A DNA stretch of 63,425 nt, the filler included, from Candidatus Woesearchaeota archaeon (GTDB taxonomy: Archaea > Nanobdellota > Nanobdellia > Woesearchaeales > CG1-02-33-12), in NCBI GenBank assembly GCA_018399355.1. It is 4 parts of 4 records of this genome, joined end to end, with 100 filler letters (N's around TTAATTAATTAA, not from the genome) between each part and the next. Parts side by side here need not be neighbours in the genome. Positions count along the whole stretch, not along the records: positions 53,887 to 63,425 come from JAGYOA010000034.1; 3 more parts are not named here. One strand, given 5' to 3'. The translations under genes were made by a program, and so were the position numbers. The notes beneath the pieces were generated by a model that did no database searches, was not told the origin of the DNA, and was given only the letters and a program-made list of their open reading frames with translations. This document shows positions 57,650 through 63,425 of the stretch, in pieces. How positions within the stretch are numbered: the stretch's first letter is position 1; each line of letters opens with the position of its first letter.

Positions 57650-60600
57650 TCATGCTATCCTAACACCTCTCCTTATTTCAAACCCTGTCAAGATCTTTTT
57701 TAATCTTGCCTTTGCTTGTTTTTCAGATATTGTTTCGGCCTTTAATCCAATTGCTCTTGATGTGAAGTCAGGCAAATAAAGAAGATCTTGAACACTCTTT
57801 GATTTCTTTTTTCCCTTTCCTCTCACTGCTCTTGCAGGAGGGAAATAAATTGGAATTGTAGGGATTGAGGGGATTCTCGGCTCTGGGATTCTTGGAGTTG
57901 AAATGCTTATTGGAAGATATTTCACTCCAACACCTGTTGATAATAATTGAGAGATCTGTGCAGTTGCACTTCTTTGTGCTGATCTTTGTGCAGTTGATTG
58001 TTTTGTTTCTACATTATTTTTTAAAAGATTTGCAACATTTATTTTAAGTCCAATGTCTTGATCTGCCTTTAATCGACTTGCACTTGCTGAAAGAATATTT
58101 GATGCAAGAGTTGTCTTTGATCCAACACCAACTGCCTGATCAATTTTCATTAAATTTTTTATTTGTGTTTTCACTGAAATTGTTGGAGTTGTTGGTGCTT
58201 GTTTAAGAATTGTTTTTGTGATCTGATCTGTTGTTGAAATAGGTGCTGTCTTTGTTGATGTCCCTTTAAAAGATTCTTTTAAAATATCTTTAACCTCTGT
58301 CACCCTCACATCTGATCCAAATGTTTTTGAAAATGGAGTTTTAAGGCCTCCTCCTCTGAAAGATCGAACTCCTCCACTTCCCAAACCTGATTGTTTAAGC
58401 AACTTTGTTTCATCAATTAAAATTGTTCTTCCTCCACTGAATGATCTTGTGAGATCAATTCTTAAATTTCCTGATTGTTTTAATAAAACTTTAATCTGAT
58501 CTGTCCTTGAAATTTGTGCAAGATTCTTATAAGTGATCGGCTTATAAACAATAAAATCATCTACTTTCCCAATTCTTTCAAAACCTTTTAAGAGATCTGA
58601 TGACTTTGCAATTGATTTTGATGTTGAAAGATCAAAACCTCTGATCTTAAAAGGTTTTTCAAATGCAGAAATAGAAAATCTTTTTTGCAACACTCCTGAA
58701 ACTTTATCGAGATTTGAAATTTTATCTCCAACATTTAAACTAATAAGTTCTCTCTCAATAACAGAAATGTCTTTGATTGTTCTTGCACCTCTTGTTTTAA
58801 TTCCCAATGTTTTATCAATTGTGACAACTGGTTGCTTTCTTGAAAATTCAAAGATCCCTAATGCTTTTTTTCCTTGAACTGCCAAAATTCCACGACTTAA
58901 ATATTGCTCAATGATTCTTGGTTGAAAATATCTCAAAGTTGCTTTTGCTTGTGATGATGTGGAACCTCCCCTTTTAGTTAAGAGATCAAATGCTTTCTGA
59001 TAACCTGATTTTGAAGTTGTTGAGAAAGATCCTCTTAATCCTGAAAAAGTCGTTGTAAGGCCTCTCTGTGCATAAGGAACACCCTTATAGATCGGATCTA
59101 ACCCTAAAAGATCTCTCCATCTTGTTGAAACAACTGTCCTCCTCCCTGCCACTCCAACTTGTGAGAGTTTTTGATTTTCAAACACAACACGATTCATACT
59201 TTTTATGTCCTTTCCAACAGTTGCACTTGCCCTCAAATCTTTCACGGGTGATGCGATCTTAACTGCTTTCACAGTTGGTTGTCTTAAATATGAAACTCCC
59301 TTTGCACTCAAAGAAACAGACGAAACTCCCAACATCAATGCACCTGTCCCCTTTTGCTCAATTGAAGTTGTTGGTGACAAAACAAGCCCTGCACCTCCTG
59401 TTGCAAATGCAATATCTAATCCAACAAGAGTTGAAGTTGGCAATGATGAATAAGCAACTCCTCCTGTATATAATGCACCTGCTGTCAAACCTGCCCTTGT
59501 TGGTGATTTAACAAATGAAATTCCCAATGATCCCAAACTTAAACCTGCCATTTTTAATCCTGCACCAACACCCTTTAATCTTTCTTTATAAGGCACTTCT
59601 TCAAAAATTAATTTATTAAGATCTTGTGTGTAAGTTTCAGAATATTGTTTTTCATATTTTGAATAAATATCTGATTTTTGAAATTCCTTAAATGCTTTAT
59701 CAACATCCTCGTCGGTCTTTGCACTAAAAAATGCCTCTCTTCCAACATCACTTCGATAAAATAATGATGACACTTCCTTGTCTGCTTGTTCTTGTTTTGA
59801 TTCTTTAAACTCTTCATAAGTTGTTTCTCCCAATTGTCTTTCAATTTCTTTTTCTTGAATATCCAAAGATAAACTTCCCAACTTTTCTTGCCCTCTTGTA
59901 GCATAACCCTCAACATCTGTTTTTGGCTCTTTCTTTCCAAAGGAAATTAACTGAACTTTTGGCATATTTGGTGATCCTGTAAGTTTAAAATCCCATTTAA
60001 CATAATCATCTGCTATGTCGAGGCCTTGCTTTGCCTTTCCTGTAACATAGGAAAAACCTTGTGAAATTTTAGATTTTGCAGGTTGGATGATTAATTCTTG
60101 CAAACTCTTCTCATACCATTTCCGATCGTCTGCAACTTCTTTCTGTTCTTGTGGAAGATTAACCTCTGGATTTTCTTTTAAAAATTCTTGATATGCTTTT
60201 TCTTGTTCTTGTTTTAATGCATCCCCTGTCAGATATGTTGTTGTTTCCTTTGTATATCCTCCCTGTCCTGTCCCTGTGAAAACCTCTTGCCTTTTGATCT
60301 CACCTGTCTTTGTATCTCTCACAGTAATTGTTCGCACTTCTCCTTTATCCATTCCTCCCATCTGTCTGTTTGCACTTGAATCAAAATGTGTGACAGTTCC
60401 TGTTTCAACTGCTTGATTTATTCTTCCTTTATCGATGTCAGGAAACATTGCATAAAGATATGCTTTTCTTCTTTCCTTTTTTGATCCTGTTCCAATTCCC
60501 TCACGAAAAGCATTCATTTCTCTTATTTCAGATTTCGGTCTGTTGTAACCCCAAAAGGCATTTCCTCGATCAACACTTTGTGCAGATGTTATAAGGTTTC

Positions 60601-60883
60601 TAATTTTTGTTAGTTGTTCTTGCTCTCTTTTATATTTTTTATAACCCTCTGTTTGTTTCAATTCCGTCGGTGACATGATCCCTTGACGATATTTTGGAGA
60701 AATAGAATTATAGATCTGCTCATAATTTTCATAAGTGGCCTGTGAGATTTTTTCTCTTGCCTCATTGATTCTCTTTTCTTCTAATCTTGCTCTTGTGAGA
60801 TCTTGTTGTGCCTTAACTCTCTCTGTTCTTGTCGGTCTTGTCTGCACTTCTTTTTGTTCTAATTGTTGAGAGAGTTTCGCCAT
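57650..60883 (-). CDS. large (about 1077 aa) hypothetical protein with central Gly/Ala-rich hydrophobic segments and a basic Pro-rich C-terminus
   Basis: Long uninterrupted ORF: charged helical N-half, GxxxG-rich segment, K/R/S/T-rich C-half. Confidence 0.75.
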   Translation of the reverse strand: MAKLSQQLEQKEVQTRPTRTERVKAQQDLTRARLEEKRINEAREKISQATYENYEQIYNSISPKYRQGIMSPTELKQTEGYKKYKREQEQLTKIRNLITSAQSVDRGNAFWGYNRPKSEIREMNAFREGIGTGSKKERRKAYLYAMFPDIDKGRINQAVETGTVTHFDSSANRQMGGMDKGEVRTITVRDTKTGEIKRQEVFTGTGQGGYTKETTTYLTGDALKQEQEKAYQEFLKENPEVNLPQEQKEVADDRKWYEKSLQELIIQPAKSKISQGFSYVTGKAKQGLDIADDYVKWDFKLTGSPNMPKVQLISFGKKEPKTDVEGYATRGQEKLGSLSLDIQEKEIERQLGETTYEEFKESKQEQADKEVSSLFYRSDVGREAFFSAKTDEDVDKAFKEFQKSDIYSKYEKQYSETYTQDLNKLIFEEVPYKERLKGVGAGLKMAGLSLGSLGISFVKSPTRAGLTAGALYTGGVAYSSLPTSTLVGLDIAFATGGAGLVLSPTTSIEQKGTGALMLGVSSVSLSAKGVSYLRQPTVKAVKIASPVKDLRASATVGKDIKSMNRVVFENQKLSQVGVAGRRTVVSTRWRDLLGLDPIYKGVPYAQRGLTTTFSGLRGSFSTTSKSGYQKAFDLLTKRGGSTSSQAKATLRYFQPRIIEQYLSRGILAVQGKKALGIFEFSRKQPVVTIDKTLGIKTRGARTIKDISVIERELISLNVGDKISNLDKVSGVLQKRFSISAFEKPFKIRGFDLSTSKSIAKSSDLLKGFERIGKVDDFIVYKPITYKNLAQISRTDQIKVLLKQSGNLRIDLTRSFSGGRTILIDETKLLKQSGLGSGGVRSFRGGGLKTPFSKTFGSDVRVTEVKDILKESFKGTSTKTAPISTTDQITKTILKQAPTTPTISVKTQIKNLMKIDQAVGVGSKTTLASNILSASASRLKADQDIGLKINVANLLKNNVETKQSTAQRSAQRSATAQISQLLSTGVGVKYLPISISTPRIPEPRIPSIPTIPIYFPPARAVRGKGKKKSKSVQDLLYLPDFTSRAIGLKAETISEKQAKARLKKILTGFEIRRGVRIA

Positions 60884-60904
60884 GCATACTTCACGCATAC
60901 ATAG

Positions 60905-60940
60905 TTTATAAAAGTTTGCTTAAAAACAAAGTTTTATAAA
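60905..60940. promoter_or_regulatory. symmetric back-to-back archaeal TATA promoters
   Basis: TTTATAAAAGTTTG-N8-CAAAGTTTTATAAA inverted repeat (13/14 match) between divergent genes. Confidence 0.65.
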
Positions 60941-60968
60941 TCTGCACACACTATTTTTAAAATAAAAG

Positions 60969-61529
60969 ATGGCAGGAAAAAATCAAAAGGGTGTGAAAGG
61001 ATTTCAATCGGTTGAAGAGGGAGGAGTTCATACAGGCACAGAGGCATGGAATATTGCACAATATTTCACAGGTTATTCAATTGCAATTCCATTAAGAGAT
61101 CTTAATGATCTTGAAGATATTGCAAGGTTTGGTGCTGTGGGAATCGATGATGATCTTGGAATGGATGATGATCAATATGCAAAGAGAAGAGCAGATGCTG
61201 TCAAAAGATATTGGCAAAAGTTAAGGCAAATCGTCGCTGATACACAATTCAAAGTCAAAACAGGTGATCGAACAAATGCAAAACAAATTCATGAATGGCT
61301 TAAAAAAGTTCCAAAATTTTTTGATGGCCTCTTATATCTCCAATCAAATAATGTTTCTCACAGTCAAAGCATAAAAGTTAATGAAGATTTTCTCACTGCC
61401 TTGCTTGATAAACTAATCGAAAAAAAACAAAATTACTTGGGAATTTTAGATCATGCAGGTTTGATTTTCAGAGAAGTCGATGAGGTTGATCTTGATAAAA
61501 TGTCGAGTGAGTTTGTGCATGGAGGTTGA
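60969..61529 (+). CDS. hypothetical protein (viral)
   Basis: 186-aa ORF immediately upstream of the ATPase and co-oriented with it. Confidence 0.7.
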   Translation: MAGKNQKGVKGFQSVEEGGVHTGTEAWNIAQYFTGYSIAIPLRDLNDLEDIARFGAVGIDDDLGMDDDQYAKRRADAVKRYWQKLRQIVADTQFKVKTGDRTNAKQIHEWLKKVPKFFDGLLYLQSNNVSHSQSIKVNEDFLTALLDKLIEKKQNYLGILDHAGLIFREVDEVDLDKMSSEFVHGG

Positions 61530-61533
61530 TTAA

Positions 61534-62454
61534 ATGTCAAAATATGTGATGTGGAGTTTAAAGAGAGTTGTCAATTCAGTTTGTGATCGACTGACAAATA
61601 AGTTTGATGTCTTTCTTGTTATCGAGGGAAGAAGAGGTCTTGGAAAATCTACTCTTGGATATAAATTAATGAAACTTGTTAAAAGAGAAATGAAAGCAAG
61701 AGGTGTTGTTGGTTATCAGTTTATTCCTCGACGAGATCTTCTCTATGAAAGAAAAGAAGTTTTAAATTTTTTCCATAAGTGGCAACATTCAGGGATGGCC
61801 GATGAGATGATCAATGTTTCTTTTAATCGTGATTTTTATAATGAGGATCAAAAAGATTTGATTAAGATGATTAACATGAATCGAGATCACAACAATTTCT
61901 TTATTGCTTGTGTGCCTCAATTTAAAAATCTCGACAGCCAAATTAAAAATCTTGCATCAATGAAAATCACAGTTGTCCGTCGAGGAATTTCAATAATTCA
62001 CATGCCGAACAAAACAGTTTATTCTTCTGACATCTGGGATGAAAGAGTTAATGAAAAGATTGAGAGAAGTTGGCTCACAGGAGGAATTAAAAACCCACAA
62101 TATTCTCGGCTTACAACTTACAGAGGTTTTTTGAAATTTCCAAAACTATCTAAAAAACAAGAGGCGATCTATCAAAAGATTAAAGACGATAAAAGAAACA
62201 TCATTGCAAAAGATAAGGGCTTGGAAGAAGAGGAAGAGTTGAAACCAATTGACATTATTTATAATGCTCTCGTCGATAACAAGATAAAAGACACATCAAT
62301 GCTTGACGGAATGTTTATTGCTCATGGCCTGAACATAAGATCAATGAAAGCGAAATTGAGAAACATGCTTAAAGACAATCACAAGAGAACAGATCTCACT
62401 TATTATTGTTATGGAAAAAAGGTTGCTTTGGAGGATGCAAAATATGAGGTATAA
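61534..62454 (+). CDS. P-loop ATPase, Zot/gpI-like viral morphogenesis ATPase
   Basis: Walker A EGRRGLGKST, Walker B GMADE, then NRDHNNFFIACVPQFKNLDSQIK resembling the Zot R..../...LD..IR segment. Confidence 0.7.
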   Translation: MSKYVMWSLKRVVNSVCDRLTNKFDVFLVIEGRRGLGKSTLGYKLMKLVKREMKARGVVGYQFIPRRDLLYERKEVLNFFHKWQHSGMADEMINVSFNRDFYNEDQKDLIKMINMNRDHNNFFIACVPQFKNLDSQIKNLASMKITVVRRGISIIHMPNKTVYSSDIWDERVNEKIERSWLTGGIKNPQYSRLTTYRGFLKFPKLSKKQEAIYQKIKDDKRNIIAKDKGLEEEEELKPIDIIYNALVDNKIKDTSMLDGMFIAHGLNIRSMKAKLRNMLKDNHKRTDLTYYCYGKKVALEDAKYEV

Positions 62455-62707
62455 AAAAGTTATTGGAATCAATCAGAGAGCAAAGGAGTATAAAGGGAGA
62501 GATCATATTGCTGTTTGGATTAGATACAAAGGAAAGATACCAAAGGGCAAATTGATTCATCATAAAAATGGGAATAAAAAAGACAACAGGATTGAAAATC
62601 TTGAATGTTTAACAAGGAAACAGCATGGAAAGTTGCACAGGAAACCAAACAGGAAAAGAATCAAATATCCATCAGGTGCAATAAAAGTTATTCGCCTCAC
62701 AGAATAA
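62444..62707 (+). CDS. HNH endonuclease
   Basis: HIAVW..YKGKIPKG.LIHHKNGNKKDNRIENLECLT...H..LH. Confidence 0.88.
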   Translation: MRYKKVIGINQRAKEYKGRDHIAVWIRYKGKIPKGKLIHHKNGNKKDNRIENLECLTRKQHGKLHRKPNRKRIKYPSGAIKVIRLTE

Positions 62708-62784
62708 CTCTTAATAAATGTCATTGGGTTGCAGTAGTTAATCTTATTAGGAGTCAGGATCAGGGTATGACAGCCAAACACATA

Positions 62785-62812
62785 TAAATGTATAATACCT
62801 ATTATATTCACG
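62785..62812. promoter_or_regulatory. dif-like tyrosine recombinase site (candidate att/dif)
   Basis: TAAATGTATAA-TACCTA-TTATATTCACG has 11-6-11 architecture with a TATAA-N6-TTATA core, 30 nt upstream of the recombinase. Confidence 0.45.
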
Positions 62813-62842
62813 GACAAAAAATTTGCAGGAGAGTGATTGAGT

Positions 62843-63425
62843 GTGGAAAAAAAAGAGATTGAATTGTTGAGAGAATGTTTTAAAGATAGTTTAGAAGAAG
62901 ATCAATATGCAAAAAGGACTGTGCAACTTTATCTTTTTTGGTTTGATAAATTCCCACACACACAATTAAATGATCTTGAAGAAGAAGAGGCACAGGAATT
63001 GATTAATGATTGGATCAAAAAAAGAAAACATAATAATTGTGTGGCCAGAGCATTTTTGAGAAACTATCTTAAATTTGTTGGGTTGCACAAAAAGTTTGAG
63101 ATTCCTGATCCAAAGAAAGTGAGGAAAGAATTTAAATTTAAAAAAGAATTAACACCTGATGAGATTAAGATCCTTTCAAAAGAAATGAGAAAAGAGAGTT
63201 ATTTGAATTGGTTGGCTTTTAGATTAGTTTATGAGGGAGGATTGAGAAAGTCGGAATTAAGCACTGTGAGATATAATTCTTTTTTATGGGAAAAATGGCT
63301 TGAAGATATTGATAAACAAATTCACTTGAAAGTCACAGGAAAAGGAAACAAGGAAAGATTTGTTTTGATCTCCTCAAAAACCATGCAAAGACATTGGCGA
63401 CACATTCAAAATAAAAATGGAATTT
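62843..63425 (+). CDS. tyrosine recombinase/integrase (XerA-like), 3' truncated; not in the ORF track
   Basis: Manual translation MEKKEIELLRECF...RTVQLY...LTPDEIKIL...LVYEGGLRKSEL...VTGKGNKERFV shows the catalytic Arg box I and Lys loop. Confidence 0.9.
   Translation, partial: MEKKEIELLRECFKDSLEEDQYAKRTVQLYLFWFDKFPHTQLNDLEEEEAQELINDWIKKRKHNNCVARAFLRNYLKFVGLHKKFEIPDPKKVRKEFKFKKELTPDEIKILSKEMRKESYLNWLAFRLVYEGGLRKSELSTVRYNSFLWEKWLEDIDKQIHLKVTGKGNKERFVLISSKTMQRHWRHIQNKNGI

Larger units (their letters stand above)
53887..63425. mobile_element. partial genome of a putative integrating archaeal virus/provirus (non-tailed, spindle/filamentous-type morphogenesis module)
   Basis: No housekeeping genes; LamG adhesin, multi-TM structural candidates, Zot-like ATPase, HNH nuclease and tyrosine recombinase; archaeal TATA promoters; oligonucleotide usage differs from contigs 1-3. 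Confidence 0.75.

Noticed and set aside
1..63425. CRISPR array, rRNA genes, IS elements or DGR
   Set aside because: I saw no regularly spaced repeats, rRNA-like segments, transposase motifs or reverse transcriptase

Overview
This is an AT-rich archaeal MAG window made of four unlinked contigs joined by artificial 100-nt linkers (N44-TTAATTAATTAA-N44 at 19634-19733, 36907-37006 and 53787-53886). Contigs 1-3 (1-53786) are chromosomal DNA of a DPANN archaeon, probably Woesearchaeota-like; the lineage is inferred from gene content and protein style. They carry the RNA polymerase cluster (rpoH-B''-B'-A'-A''-L30e-nusA-S12), several ribosomal protein genes, aRF1, aIF5A, SRP54, pyrG, thrS, ppsA and Lhr plus a phosphoesterase. 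They also carry a divergently arranged glycogen locus (GT3, GalT-like, debranching enzyme, GT4, GH57, two DUF5752-like genes, a wHTH regulator), a RelA/SpoT-synthetase-like gene, a tRNA-Pro(UGG) with two introns, and three disrupted genes. Contig 4 (53887-63425) has a different composition and looks like part of an integrating, non-tailed archaeal virus. It encodes a LamG adhesin, a prepilin-like/double-hairpin membrane protein, a 1077-aa basic protein, a Zot-like morphogenesis ATPase, an HNH nuclease and a tyrosine recombinase preceded by a dif-like site. All product calls come from motif recognition by eye, not from database searches.
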